A stretch of 64,000 nt of DNA from Methanomassiliicoccaceae archaeon (GCA_040776945.1 JAXGZN010000001.1:256001-320000), one strand, 5' to 3'; positions 17,731-28,469 are shown, counted from the stretch's first letter. The notes: generated by a model not told the origin, from the sequence alone. A program made the numbers and translations.

Positions 17731-19185
17731 TCATCCTTGCTGGTCAGGGCAAGGGTATCGAAGATGCTGGATGATATAGCCCTCCCATTCCTGCAGCTTG
17801 CCTGGGTTCATGATGTTGTTGGGATCGAGAGCTCTCTTGATGGCCGCCATTGTGCCCAGTGCGGTGACGCGCTCCTTCTGGAAGTACGGAGCCTTCGATA
17901 TGCCCACGCCGTGCTCGCCGGTGACCGTTCCCCCAAGACGCACGCAGGTCTCGAATATGTCCCGGACTGCCTTCTCTCCGTTCCGCCAGGACTCGGGGGA
18001 CTCGGGGTTAAGGAGCATCTTTGTATGCAGGTTGCCGTCCGCGGCGTGCCCGTAGGTCCCGATGATGACGCCATATCTCTCGGCGATCTTGGCGAACTCC
18101 ACGACGGCGTCCGGTATCTTGGAGATGGGTACCGCCATGTCGTCCGCCAGGGACACCGATACCAGGCCTGCTCCGTATCTCGACAGTGCGGACATGACGC
18201 TCTTCCTGGAGTTGGTCCATTTCGCCATCTGCGCCGCATCGTCGGATTGCTGCAGCCCTACCGCACCTATTGACTCGGCCACCTTTACGACCTCCACGAG
18301 ATCCTCGGCCACCACCTTTGGGTCGCCGTCCACCTCTATCATGCACAGCGCGGCCACGTCCGGCAGGCCAGCGTTGATGGCTTTGTTCACCGCGCGGATG
18401 CATGTAGAGTCCATGAGCTCGACCGCCGATGGCAGCAGGGGCTTGGCGATGAGCGCTGAAACACACTGACCAGCCTTTTCCAGGGTGTCGAAGCCGGCCA
18501 CGATCATTGCCATCTTCTTGGGCTTGGGCACGATGCGCAGGATGACCTTGGTTATTATCCCGAGCGTCCCCTCGCTTCCTACGAAGAGCCTCTCCAACTG
18601 ATAGCCTGACGCGTTCTTCAGTGTCCTCGTTCCCACCTCGATAATCTCGCCGGTGGGGAGAACCACCTCCAGACCGAGGACGTAGTCCCTGGTGCCTCCG
18701 TACTTAACCGCTCGCATGCCCGATGCATTGCAGGCGACCATGCCGCCGATTGTGCAGGCCTCTGCGCTGCCCGGCGTGGGCGGGAACGTGAACTTGTACG
18801 GCGCGAGCGCCTTCTGGAGGCTGTCGTACACGACCCCAGCCTCACATACACAATAGAGGTCCTCCACTCGGACCTCCTCGATCCTGTTCATCCGGGTCAG
18901 GTCGATCACCATGCCGCCCTTCAAGGGGACGGCCCCGCCGCAAAGTCCTGTGCCGGCCCCTCGAGGCACGATGGGGATGCCGAGCTTGTTGGCGAGCTTC
19001 ACCAGACGGGACACCTGCTCAGTGCTTCGGGGCTGCACAACGACGTCTGGTGTGACGTGATGGATGGATGCGTCGAAGCCGTAGGTGTAGCGGTCCGCGA
19101 TCCTTGTGGAATAGTTGTTCTCTCCGACTATCGTTCCAATCTGCTCTACCACGGTCTGGTCCATGACATCACTTAACAGGCCCAT
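17731..19185 (-). CDS. FAD-linked oxidase, GlcD/D-lactate dehydrogenase-like
   Basis: PRGAGTGLCGG, GSEGTLGIIT, GHAADGNLH, GEHGVG and NIMNPGK motifs. Confidence 0.9.
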   Translation of the reverse strand: MGLLSDVMDQTVVEQIGTIVGENNYSTRIADRYTYGFDASIHHVTPDVVVQPRSTEQVSRLVKLANKLGIPIVPRGAGTGLCGGAVPLKGGMVIDLTRMNRIEEVRVEDLYCVCEAGVVYDSLQKALAPYKFTFPPTPGSAEACTIGGMVACNASGMRAVKYGGTRDYVLGLEVVLPTGEIIEVGTRTLKNASGYQLERLFVGSEGTLGIITKVILRIVPKPKKMAMIVAGFDTLEKAGQCVSALIAKPLLPSAVELMDSTCIRAVNKAINAGLPDVAALCMIEVDGDPKVVAEDLVEVVKVAESIGAVGLQQSDDAAQMAKWTNSRKSVMSALSRYGAGLVSVSLADDMAVPISKIPDAVVEFAKIAERYGVIIGTYGHAADGNLHTKMLLNPESPESWRNGEKAVRDIFETCVRLGGTVTGEHGVGISKAPYFQKERVTALGTMAAIKRALDPNNIMNPGKLQEWEGYIIQHLRYPCPDQQG

Positions 19186-19355
19186 TGTGGAGGGTTGATA
19201 AAAAACCTATCGCGAAATGGCAGAGCGGACTACGAAGTACCTTTCCCTGCCTACGGTCCCGGCAGTTCACTAGACCGCCGGCATCGTTGGGTCCGCTCCG
19301 CTGTCAGGACAGGCAATTATTAAATCATCCATGCTCGAAGAGCGAGCAGGACATC

Positions 19356-20567
19356 ATGCATGTGGCGATCCTGGGTTATGGCTCGAGCTTCTGGGACCGT
19401 TTTCCTGGTCCTTCCTCGGGACGGGAGGTCCAGGTATGGGGTATCGCCAAGGAACTGGCCCGCCGAAAGCACGAGGTGACGCTTGTGAAGGCCGGAGAGA
19501 GCGATGGCATGATCGCCGCGGACGGGGTAGATATCTTTTCTCTGGAGAACGGTCCGGTCAAGTTCTCGTTCCGAGATGCCGATGATTCTTCGCTGATTGG
19601 AGAAGGGATCTCGTTCTCCCGGAAGACATCTGGGTTGCTGGATAAACTGGGCCCAGATGTCCTATGCCTCCATTACGGCCTTAGCGGCCTCTATCCCGCG
19701 GGCCTTTCCATACCATACTCCTTCACCTTCCATGTCGCTGACACGATGTTCTCAGCGCGCAGGGAGCTACTCCACAGAGATTTCGCTCACTACCCTCGTG
19801 CGATGTGCTCTGCCCTAATGGAGAGGCGTTCAGCGGAGAGGGCCAGTAGATGGTTGGTCCTGAACGAGCATATGGCCCAGTACACGCGCAGGGTCTTGGG
19901 CCGGCCGTCGCAGGTGGTCCCCTGCGGTGTTGATGAGACGGCGTTCCATAACCTGGGCGACGATGGCGGCGTTCTCTATGTCGGCCGCTTGGACCGCAAC
20001 AAGAACGTTGAGCACCTGGTCCGGGCATATGCAGCCCTTCCGCCTGACCTGAGGAGGGAGCATAGGCTGAAGCTGTTGGGCTCTGGAAGCCAAGAGAGCA
20101 GCATCCGCTATTTGGTCCGCAGCATGGGCCTCGAGGAACAGGTGGATATGATCCCCTGGACGGGAAGAGTTGGGACCGCATCGATCATGGGCCTATGCTC
20201 CGTCCTCGTGCTGCCTTCTTACGTGGAAACCTTCGGCATCGTTCTCATAGAAGCGATGGCTTGCGGGAAGCCGATCGTTGCCAGCGATATTCCCGGACCC
20301 CGTAGCATAATAAGGCCCGGCGAGAACGGCTTCCTCACGAGGCCGGAGAGCGTGAGCGACCTCTCCGGAAAACTTGAACAACTCCTGAGGGACCGTGGAC
20401 TTAGAAAGCGGATGGGTGACAGGGGGCGATCGGACGTGGAGGCCAAGTATACCTTTCGGTCGATCGGCGGCACGTACGAGAGCGTTCTCAAGGATTTGGT
20501 CGGAGAGGCGGCGGGGTCGGAACCCTTGGCCGCCGTCACATCCTTCGAGGCCGCGCCGATAAGGTGA
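19356..20567 (+). CDS. Glycosyltransferase family 4
   Basis: YVGRL..NKN and ETFGIVLIEAMACGKPIVAS motifs. Confidence 0.9.
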   Translation: MHVAILGYGSSFWDRFPGPSSGREVQVWGIAKELARRKHEVTLVKAGESDGMIAADGVDIFSLENGPVKFSFRDADDSSLIGEGISFSRKTSGLLDKLGPDVLCLHYGLSGLYPAGLSIPYSFTFHVADTMFSARRELLHRDFAHYPRAMCSALMERRSAERASRWLVLNEHMAQYTRRVLGRPSQVVPCGVDETAFHNLGDDGGVLYVGRLDRNKNVEHLVRAYAALPPDLRREHRLKLLGSGSQESSIRYLVRSMGLEEQVDMIPWTGRVGTASIMGLCSVLVLPSYVETFGIVLIEAMACGKPIVASDIPGPRSIIRPGENGFLTRPESVSDLSGKLEQLLRDRGLRKRMGDRGRSDVEAKYTFRSIGGTYESVLKDLVGEAAGSEPLAAVTSFEAAPIR

Positions 20568-20612
20568 CGGGGCCCATCGCCTCTCCTCAGCTTGGGCCAC
20601 CTTTATTAGGGG

Positions 20613-21008
20613 CTATTTTAGGTCGATCTTCACCCCGGCATCCTTGAGGATCTCCATCGCCTTTTCCAGATAGACCTCCTTCATAAGGATGTGGTCGGTG
20701 GAGAAGGAAGAGATGGCGAACAGGCTGATGTTCTGGTCCGCCAGCAGTTTCGTTATATAGGCTAGGAACCCAATGAGGTCGAACGGCAGCTTGGTGTCGA
20801 ACGAGATGATCCGGAACGGCCTTTCCTCCTCCAAGACCTCAAGACCATGGTCCAGCTCGGCGATCGCCGTGATCTCCGCGCCATCGGTCACGACCGCAAA
20901 GATCCTATCGTTGGACCTCGGTACCTCGGCCACCCTGGCAATGGCGTATTCCTTCCTGCGGACCGATGCCCTTATCTCGGTACCTTTCTTGAACTCCTCG
21001 AACTTCAT
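20613..21008 (-). CDS. ACT domain protein (ACT_7-like)
   Basis: LPFDLIGFLAYI..LLA..NISLFAISSFSTDHIL. Confidence 0.85.
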   Translation of the reverse strand: MKFEEFKKGTEIRASVRRKEYAIARVAEVPRSNDRIFAVVTDGAEITAIAELDHGLEVLEEERPFRIISFDTKLPFDLIGFLAYITKLLADQNISLFAISSFSTDHILMKEVYLEKAMEILKDAGVKIDLK

Positions 21009-21104
21009 TCTATCTTCCGAGGGGGATAGAGCCGGGGACAGATAATAATGAAGACGCTTTCGGCCGGTCAACCTCTGCTTACATCTGTCATTTTAAGGAC
21101 ATTG

Positions 21105-22289
21105 CTAGCGGGCCCGTCCTCCGACCGTCTTGGCAAGCACCTTGCCCGTCATGCTCTTCCTAAGGGCGATGGCATCATGGGGGCACATCTCGTGACAACA
21201 ATAGCACCTAATGCAGGCGCCATAGTTGAACCGGGCCTTGCCCTTGTCCACCCTGACCGCCTTCCTGGGGCACACTTCCTCGCACTGGCCGCAACCAATG
21301 CACCGTCCGATCATCACCTCCGGGCGAAGGGCGTAGGCCCTGGTCAGCCTCGTGATGGCCCGAGCTAGCTTTCCCTGCTCATGGTCCTTTCCCGGAACAT
21401 AGGTAGAGGGCTTCCGGAAGTCGGGCACTATCAGCTTCTCCACTTCCGCGCCTACGGTCCTCACGTCCTTAAAACCCTGGTCCAGGAGCCCGCGGTCCAC
21501 TGCCTCGCGGATGGTGCAGATGTCCATAGGTCCGTAGCCCATGAGGCGGGCCTCGACCACGTCAAGGGCATGGACGTCGGCCGATGCGATGATGGCTCCG
21601 ATCTTCCGGGGCGATCCGTTGTTCGGCCCGTCCCCTTCCATGCCTACGACCGCGTCCATAATGCTAAGCTCAGGCCGCACCAGCTCACTTAGGTCGACCA
21701 GCATGGCGGCGAAATCCCTTGTGGACACCATCCTCGAATGCAGGGATGGTTTCTCCCACCCCGGGAGAAGGCCAAACAGGTTCTTTGTGGCCCCCGTCAT
21801 GGCGGTCATGACGTGCGTCTTTGCCTTGCTGACCGACACTAGTGCATCAGCGTCCAGCGCCGGACCGATCATCGAGAATCGCTTGATCATTCGGCCGCCT
21901 GGATTGGGCACGTCCCGATAAGTGGTGTCGAAGTTCAGCTCGATCCCCAGCTCGCTGGCGACCCTATCCATTCCCGTGGCCGCGTAGACTTTCTGAAGCC
22001 CGACCTCGGTGTACGGCTGCCCCGCTCCCGGTGAATCTGCCAGGACGACCTCGCACCCTCTGTCCAAGAGCATCCTGCCCACTGCGAGGACGACGTGCGG
22101 GTGGGGCGTAACGCACTTCTCAGGTGCGGCGGCCCGCAGAAGATTTGGCTTGAGAAGCACTTTCTGGCCCCTCTCGACGAATCGTTCAATGCCGCCGAGT
22201 AGCCTGATGCTTTCTTGAACGGCGCCCATAACCTCCGCCGCGCCATAGCCCTCGCATTTGACCAAGGAAACGGTCTTTTCGTTGCGCAC
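21105..22289 (-). CDS. DUF362 family protein with 4Fe-4S dicluster
   Basis: VLLKPNL, KTH, KNLFG, GMEGDGP; CIGCGQCEEVCP and CIRCYCCHEMCP. Confidence 0.9.
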   Translation of the reverse strand: MRNEKTVSLVKCEGYGAAEVMGAVQESIRLLGGIERFVERGQKVLLKPNLLRAAAPEKCVTPHPHVVLAVGRMLLDRGCEVVLADSPGAGQPYTEVGLQKVYAATGMDRVASELGIELNFDTTYRDVPNPGGRMIKRFSMIGPALDADALVSVSKAKTHVMTAMTGATKNLFGLLPGWEKPSLHSRMVSTRDFAAMLVDLSELVRPELSIMDAVVGMEGDGPNNGSPRKIGAIIASADVHALDVVEARLMGYGPMDICTIREAVDRGLLDQGFKDVRTVGAEVEKLIVPDFRKPSTYVPGKDHEQGKLARAITRLTRAYALRPEVMIGRCIGCGQCEEVCPRKAVRVDKGKARFNYGACIRCYCCHEMCPHDAIALRKSMTGKVLAKTVGGRAR

Positions 22290-22334
22290 GTGGCCGGAAT
22301 GGGCACGGAGATTATTATGGCATGCACCACCTCA

Positions 22335-22874
22335 TCATGGACCACTCCTTGCCCTTCGCTCGTCCCATTCTCTCCTGAGCATTGACATCAGGACGCAGTC
22401 CACATATCGCCCTCTTTTGTATCTATAATCGCGATATATGCCCTCCCGGTGGAAACCGCAGCGTTCGTAGCAGCTAAGAGCACGCGTGTTGGCGGAGTCT
22501 GTCAGTAACCCCACGCGGTTAAGGTTCAGCTCCTCGAAGAGATATCCTACCAGAGTTAGTATGGCATCCCTCCCGTACCCGCATGACCAGAGGTCCTTCT
22601 CTCCGATCATGATCCCTATCTCGGTCCTCCGGTTCCTCCAATCTAGATTGACCGTGCAGATGTTGCCGATGAGCCGGCCATCCTTTGAGTCAATGGAGAA
22701 CACCTTGTCCTTGGACCTGAGCATGTGCGCGAACCAAGCCTCCTCATCCTCCAGGGACATCGGAGGCTCCAGTTTGAGGAACTCGGTGACCTCGGGATCG
22801 TTGATCCAACGGACGAAGGCAGGCAGGTCCCCGCGCTCCACTGGCCTCAGTCTGATCAGTCTGCCCTCGATCAT
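22335..22874 (-). CDS. GNAT acetyltransferase, RimJ/RimL type
   Basis: IRLRPVE, EIGIMIGEK..GYG, NTRALSCYERCGF..EG; TAATG overlap with the upstream paralog. Confidence 0.88.
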   Translation of the reverse strand: MIEGRLIRLRPVERGDLPAFVRWINDPEVTEFLKLEPPMSLEDEEAWFAHMLRSKDKVFSIDSKDGRLIGNICTVNLDWRNRRTEIGIMIGEKDLWSCGYGRDAILTLVGYLFEELNLNRVGLLTDSANTRALSCYERCGFHREGIYRDYRYKRGRYVDCVLMSMLRREWDERRARSGP

Positions 22875-23404
22875 TATGGCCTCTCCGTCCTGAGGGCGCT
22901 CATGATCACTGATGACCTGTGGCCTCCCTGATGGTAATGGTCTTCGCGCAACGTCCCTTCGCGCTCGAAACCGCATGATCTGAAGCATGCTATCGCTCGG
23001 TGATTGTACTCAGCGGCCTTCAGGTGGACCCGGTGCAGATTGAGCACATTGAAGCCGTGATCGAGCAAGATGGCGACCGCTTCCCTTCCATACCCCTGGT
23101 CCCATAGCGAGGGTTCGCCTATGATCGCCCTAAGCTCGGCAGTACCGTTCCGCATGTCCATCTCGAAAAGGCTAACCACGCCTATGCTCTTACCTTCCGC
23201 GAGGGTGACGATGATCAGGTGCAGCTCCGTCTCCGAGGAAAGCGCCTCTTGGACCTTGGCGGCGATCTCCTCGATGGAGGCGCCGATGATCGGTGCCCGC
23301 GCTCCAAGATCTGCAGTGATCCTCTGATCATTGAACCACCGGTAGAGCAACCAGGCATCCTCTGTCACCATCGAGCGCAAGGCGATCCTCTTCCCCATTA
23401 GCAT
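22874..23404 (-). CDS. GNAT acetyltransferase, RimJ/RimL type (tandem paralog)
   Basis: IALRSM, WDQGYG and NHRAIACFRSCGFEREG motifs. Confidence 0.88.
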   Translation of the reverse strand: MLMGKRIALRSMVTEDAWLLYRWFNDQRITADLGARAPIIGASIEEIAAKVQEALSSETELHLIIVTLAEGKSIGVVSLFEMDMRNGTAELRAIIGEPSLWDQGYGREAVAILLDHGFNVLNLHRVHLKAAEYNHRAIACFRSCGFEREGTLREDHYHQGGHRSSVIMSALRTERP

Positions 23405-23743
23405 GGTGTGTCCTCTTTCCTAAAAAGAACATGGTCCCTAAATAATCGTTTTTTCGAGACCCGACCCCAATCATCGGCCGTCCGGGCGGCCAATGGACAT
23501 GCGAGGGGGGGGCGCCATGCCTCGGGGGCCTCGCGGAACAATGTCTCTCGCGGCCCCCTCGTTCCATTGGTGCATTATGACCGGTCTCTCTGGACAACGG
23601 GACCTATTGGGCCTATTTAGAGGTGTGTCCTTGGCCCCTAGACGCTATGGTCTGAAGAGTCACGTGACTGCAGGTCTGTCCGGCGAAGGCGGGACCATAG
23701 CCCAGAGAAGCGTTAAATGGAGAGACCTTATAACGCCTGAGCC

Positions 23744-24382
23744 ATGAACGCTAAGATCGTTCTACTCGGAGCGCCGGGGTCCGGAAAGGGAACTCAAGCG
23801 AAAAGGCTCTGCCAGGAGCTCGGGCTCGCTCTTATCTCGACCGGTGACCTCCTCCGTGAAGCGGTTCGCGAGGGCACCCCCCTGGGCAAGCAAGCGAAGG
23901 GATTTATGGACGCCGGGAAGCTGGTGCCGGACGATCTGGTCATCGGCCTGATCAAGGAGAAGCTGGCCGGGTTGAAGGGGGGCTTCCTCCTGGACGGGTT
24001 TCCCCGCAACCTGGAACAGGCCGAGATGCTCGATGCCATCGCCGACATCAACCTGGCGGTGAACCTGGACGTAGACGAGCAGGCCATAGTGGACCGGATC
24101 GCCAAGCGCCGCAGCTGCAAGCAGTGCAATGAGGTATATCATCTTGCCACCAAGCCATCCAAGAAGGGGGGCGTGTGCGACAAGTGCGGCGGGGAGCTTT
24201 ACCAGCGGACCGATGATACCGAGGCCGTGGTGCGAGAGAGATTAAGGGTGTATAAGGAGCGCACCCTACCCTTGACCGATTTCTACAAGAAGAGGGGCAT
24301 CTTGGTCAACGTGGACGGTCAAGGGGAGATCGATGATGTGTTCGATCGTACCCTGAAGGCCATCAAGAAGTCCAGGTCCTAG
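23744..24382 (+). CDS. adk: Adenylate kinase (bacterial-type, Zn lid)
   Basis: GAPGSGKGTQA, STGDLLR, LDGFPR, CKQC..CDKC lid. Confidence 0.95.
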   Translation: MNAKIVLLGAPGSGKGTQAKRLCQELGLALISTGDLLREAVREGTPLGKQAKGFMDAGKLVPDDLVIGLIKEKLAGLKGGFLLDGFPRNLEQAEMLDAIADINLAVNLDVDEQAIVDRIAKRRSCKQCNEVYHLATKPSKKGGVCDKCGGELYQRTDDTEAVVRERLRVYKERTLPLTDFYKKRGILVNVDGQGEIDDVFDRTLKAIKKSRS

Positions 24383-24493
24383 ACGGGCGCGGCCGGGAGC
24401 CCGCCTGGCCCTGTCCAAACTCCACCCTACCTCGATCGACGTACGGGTGCCGATAACGGTTCGGTTCAAGGTCCTTTCAGATCCTCATGCTGC

Positions 24494-25534
24494 CTACAGT
24501 AGCTCTTTGAAGATGGACTCGTAACGACTAGCGCTCTCTTCCCAAGTGTAGCTCCCGGCCACCTCAAGGCTCCTTTCGCCCATCGACCTGGCGGTGTTGC
24601 GATCGATGGACATCAGCCTCTCCCTCATCTCGTCCTCGCTTCCGGCCAGGTATCCGTTGGCCCCATTCTTGATCAGCATGGACATGTTCCCCCGGTCGGT
24701 TGACACTACCGCCTTCCCCTGACTTATGGCCTCCATAATGCTTGCTGAAGTGGTTATGTCCTCGAACGGCATGAAAACGATATCACTGGCAGCATAGTAC
24801 TCGGCGATCGTGCTCTCGTCGAGCCGCTCCAGGACCGCGCGGAAACGGCCGGGATGCTCTTCTTCGTACCGCCGTATCAGATCGGCGATCTCGCGGTCCC
24901 TGCAGCTTCCGGCCAATACGCCAAGGTAGCTTTCCGGAAGGGACGAGACCACGCGGAGGTAAGAACGGATACCTTTGTTCCAGCGGTTAGGCCCGATCAT
25001 CAGGACAATGGTCTTGTCCGGAGGAAGGAGGAGCTTTCTACGGGAAAGCTCTGCGTCGGCCTTGGCGACAACATCGAAATAATTGGCCAGAGGTATCACG
25101 TCCAAAGGTAGTTCCTGGCCGAACAAGGCCTGGAAATCGTTCTTGGTCCTTTCGGAATGAACGACCCCGCGGTCTGCCCAGGCCTGAACGTAGCGCATTG
25201 CCATCTGGTCGGCCCCCCTGCTTCCAAACTGCACTGAATGAGGGGATAGGTTGTGCACCGTCCATACCATGCGTATTCCCAGCAGACGGCACGACAGGCG
25301 CGCCAGCCTCATTTCCGCCCTATTGTTGAAAGGCAACCAGTTCAGGTTCATGACCTTGAATCCCTGCAGACGGCGAACGAAAAGCTGAGCGATGCTCCAC
25401 GGGGTCTGGCGTCCGAACCATGAGATGCACCGTACTTCGACGCCTCTCTTCTCCAAGTATCTCTTTAGGAGCTGGAGATGAGGGCCGGAGGCAGCGGGGC
25501 ATAGAAGCACCTTTGTCCTTGTTCCTGATCCCAT
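24494..25534 (-). CDS. Glycosyltransferase family 4
   Basis: WTVHN, NKG and SASIMEAISQGKAVV motifs. Confidence 0.85.
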   Translation of the reverse strand: MGSGTRTKVLLCPAASGPHLQLLKRYLEKRGVEVRCISWFGRQTPWSIAQLFVRRLQGFKVMNLNWLPFNNRAEMRLARLSCRLLGIRMVWTVHNLSPHSVQFGSRGADQMAMRYVQAWADRGVVHSERTKNDFQALFGQELPLDVIPLANYFDVVAKADAELSRRKLLLPPDKTIVLMIGPNRWNKGIRSYLRVVSSLPESYLGVLAGSCRDREIADLIRRYEEEHPGRFRAVLERLDESTIAEYYAASDIVFMPFEDITTSASIMEAISQGKAVVSTDRGNMSMLIKNGANGYLAGSEDEMRERLMSIDRNTARSMGERSLEVAGSYTWEESASRYESIFKELL

Positions 25535-25659
25535 AGGCTCATCCTCCCGTGTTATCTCTGTAGGCCTTTTCGATCGTAGGGCGGCCTTCGAGCGGTCGTT
25601 GCATCGTAGCTCGAGCGATACATTTAAAACATAGTAGCATTTTCCTGGCACACGGCCAT

Positions 25660-25732
25660 AGCCCCGTAGTGTAGCGGTCAATCATGCGAGACTCTGGATC
25701 TTGCGACGGCAGTTCGAATCTGCCCGGGGCTA
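25660..25732 (+). tRNA. tRNA-Gln(CTG)
   Basis: AGCCCCG..CGAGA CT CTG GA TCTTG..GTTCGAATC..CGGGGCT A; TTTAAAA box upstream. Confidence 0.93.
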
Positions 25733-25783
25733 CTTTCCTTACCTCATGATCGATGAGAGGCATGGTCCCGACCCTAATTGACG

Positions 25784-26377
25784 TCAAGGGCCCTTGAGAT
25801 CATCAGGACCGAGATGCTCTTTCCCGGACGCGAGGTCCCTGAAGTACTGCTCCCCATCCTCCGGTCCCCTGACGTACAGAGTATCGCCGCCCATTATGGT
25901 GGTCGTCTTGTTAGGACCGTAGATGTACCTTCTCCCTCGGCGGACGGCGATGGCGTACATGCCGGTATTGGTGGCTAGGCGGACCTTGCCCAAGGTCGCC
26001 CCGTCCAGGTCGGAGCCTTCGCCCACGACGACGGAAGTGATGATCACGTCCGTCTCGCGGAGCGCCAACTGGATGACCGGATGGGGCGGAACGTCCCTTC
26101 GGACCACATCGGCGATCTTGAGCGCGGCCTTCGATATTTCCCCGACCGATTGCGCCAGGCGGATGATGAGAAGGGCCTTCTTGATGTCCTTGTCCTCGGT
26201 GGCCTTTTCGATCGCCATCTCCTGGATCTCGTTCTCCAGTTCCCTCATGCGACCGTCCAGTTGGTATACTTCTTCAGCAATGTCGCGATTGTTGTAGAGC
26301 AGCGAGGAATATGCAAGGTCCACCATGAGCTCTGAGGTGTCCTTGATCTCGAGAAGCATCTCCTCCAGCCCCATCAT
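25784..26377 (-). CDS. PhoU + TrkA-C (RCK_C) domain protein
   Basis: EIKDTSELMVDLAYS and TGMYAIAVRRG motifs. Confidence 0.85.
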   Translation of the reverse strand: MMGLEEMLLEIKDTSELMVDLAYSSLLYNNRDIAEEVYQLDGRMRELENEIQEMAIEKATEDKDIKKALLIIRLAQSVGEISKAALKIADVVRRDVPPHPVIQLALRETDVIITSVVVGEGSDLDGATLGKVRLATNTGMYAIAVRRGRRYIYGPNKTTTIMGGDTLYVRGPEDGEQYFRDLASGKEHLGPDDLKGP

Positions 26378-27006
26378 CACTCCTCCTCTGGATACACTGG
26401 CCACTTGTTGACGCCGCTGGTGAAGCACCTTAGTCGTTCATAGCCATCCTCGGTACCGCGGACCACCAGCAGGTCGCATTCCTTGAGACGCTCCGTCTCC
26501 TCAGGATCATATATCCAGCGGATGCCTCTCTTTATGGCTATGACCCTCATGCCCGTTTCCGTCTCAACGCTCAGATCCTCTAGGCTCTTACCCCTCATGT
26601 CCGACCGGTCGGACAGTGTCAGAAGGCGGATCTTCTCCTCAGCTTCCTTAAGGACCAAGCTGACGATGGGATTTCCTTTGGGGTTCAGCTCTAGCAGCTC
26701 GACTATATCGCCGGCGGCAGCGGATATCGCGGCCGCCCCTTCCGCCACCTGCAAGAGCCCTGAGAGCTGGATGGCGTCCTGAGCGGTCCTCGATGCGATC
26801 ATCATTCGGATCTTAATCTCGTGGTTCAGGGTGTCCATTCGCGAGCAGAGGTGATGCACCTCCGCTCCAATCTCCTGGCTATCGAATAATAGAGCGGCGT
26901 ATGCCAGGTCCACGATGACCTCGGAGATGTCCTTTATCTCTGTCAGGAGCTCCCTGACGGTGAGATTCTCCTTCTCCTCCTCATCCTCTTCCCCGTAGTA
27001 CACCAT
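26377..27006 (-). CDS. PhoU + TrkA-C (RCK_C) domain protein (paralog)
   Basis: EIKDISEVIVDLAYA and TGMRVIAIKRG motifs. Confidence 0.85.
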   Translation of the reverse strand: MVYYGEEDEEEKENLTVRELLTEIKDISEVIVDLAYAALLFDSQEIGAEVHHLCSRMDTLNHEIKIRMMIASRTAQDAIQLSGLLQVAEGAAAISAAAGDIVELLELNPKGNPIVSLVLKEAEEKIRLLTLSDRSDMRGKSLEDLSVETETGMRVIAIKRGIRWIYDPEETERLKECDLLVVRGTEDGYERLRCFTSGVNKWPVYPEEE

Positions 27007-27152
27007 TGCCTAATGCACCCTCCCCGGACCCGGGGCACTGTGGCGGCAGCTCATAAGTAAGGTGATTATCCGATCCAGATCAGATATCAAAGGTGTCCAC
27101 CAGGCCGGCAGGGGCCGCTCGCGCCCGTGCCATCCTTAAATCCGATTGGGAT

Positions 27153-27218
27153 ATATATCAATTGTCGGGAACAAGGGCCTTCCCGCGGTCAAGTTCCCGA
27201 CTGAGGAAGTTGATATAT
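27153..27218. promoter_or_regulatory. Nested inverted repeat between the divergent TrkA-C pair and MgtE
   Basis: ATATATCAA..GTCGGGAAC (27153-27172) versus GTTCCCGAC..TTGATATAT (27193-27218). Confidence 0.5.
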
Positions 27219-27251
27219 GAATTAGAGGTTTCCGTTCAAGGGGTGAACTGA

Positions 27252-28469
27252 TTGTTAAAAGGAACGAAGAACTTCCTCTCTCACAACAGATCGGTCTTCA
27301 CCCTTGGCCTGGTCGCGTTGATGGTATCCTCGCTCGGCGACCTTCTGGCCGGAGCCACCCTAGGCTCCATGACCCATGCCTTGGAGATGCTGCCGGGCCT
27401 GATGGTCCTTATCACTCCCGCCATCGGCATGAGGGGGAACGTCTTCGGAGCCCTGGGCAGCCGGTTGGGAACGGCAATGCACATAGGCATATTCGAGATG
27501 TCGGTCCAGAAAGGCACCATACTTAGATCGAACATGGAGTCGTCCCTACTCCTGACCCTGGTCATGTCGGTGATCATGGGCATCTTGGCAACCATTGTGG
27601 CCACCGCCCTGGGGGCCCATGACATACGATTGGAAATGTTGATATTCATCTCTGTTCTCGGAGGTATGCTCGCCGGGGTCGTCCTGATATTCATCAATAT
27701 TCTGGTTGCCTATGTTGGGTTCAAGCGCAACTGGGACATCGATAACATCTCCGCCCCGCTGATAACCGCGGCAGGGGACATCGTAACCCTTCCCATGCTG
27801 TTCCTGGCAGCCATAATTGTGCTGAGCTCTCCTGGCATCTTGATCGAGGTCTTCGCTGCGCTGTTCGTCATCATAACCGTCGTTCTGACCTATCGGACCC
27901 TGGTGAACGGCTCGGGCGAGTCCCGACGGATCTTCGTCCATAGCAGTCCCGTGCTGGTCATATGCATATTGTTGGACATCGCAGCGGGTGTGACCTTGGA
28001 CCGGCAGCTGGAGAGCCTAGTGGCCCTGCCGGCCCTCCTTGTCCTCATCCCTCCGTTCCTTGAGGACGCCAACGCCTTGGGCGGGATACTTACCTCAAGG
28101 TTCTCCTCCCTCCTGCACATGGGTATCCTGGAGCCGAAGAAGCTGCCGAACAAGGTGGCCTGGGAGAACTTTGCCATCATCTACCTGTTCTCTCTGTGGG
28201 TGTTCACCCTGGTTGGGATATCCACATATGCCGTGGCGCTCCTCCTGAAGCTTGGCACGCCTCCCCTGTGGGAGACCGTTCTGCTTTCCCTCACCGCCGG
28301 CCTGGTCACGGTGACGGTGCTTAACTTCCTCTCGTATTACGTGTCGGTGTTCACCTACAGGATGAGATTGGACCCTGACGACCATTCCATCCCCCTGACC
28401 TCATCGGCGATAGATTCGGTCGGGGCCATAGCGCTCATGGGATTCATCGTCGTGTTCGGGCTGGCCTAG
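27252..28469 (+). CDS. MgtE-family divalent cation transporter (two membrane domains)
   Basis: GMRGNVFGALGSRL, DIDNISAPLITAAGD and LDPDDHSIPL motifs. Confidence 0.85.
   Translation: MLKGTKNFLSHNRSVFTLGLVALMVSSLGDLLAGATLGSMTHALEMLPGLMVLITPAIGMRGNVFGALGSRLGTAMHIGIFEMSVQKGTILRSNMESSLLLTLVMSVIMGILATIVATALGAHDIRLEMLIFISVLGGMLAGVVLIFINILVAYVGFKRNWDIDNISAPLITAAGDIVTLPMLFLAAIIVLSSPGILIEVFAALFVIITVVLTYRTLVNGSGESRRIFVHSSPVLVICILLDIAAGVTLDRQLESLVALPALLVLIPPFLEDANALGGILTSRFSSLLHMGILEPKKLPNKVAWENFAIIYLFSLWVFTLVGISTYAVALLLKLGTPPLWETVLLSLTAGLVTVTVLNFLSYYVSVFTYRMRLDPDDHSIPLTSSAIDSVGAIALMGFIVVFGLA

Noticed and set aside
22335-23404. Tandem GNAT pair as a toxin-antitoxin or novel system
   Set aside because: Both are full RimJ/RimL-type paralogs with no antitoxin-like partner; this is an ordinary duplication.
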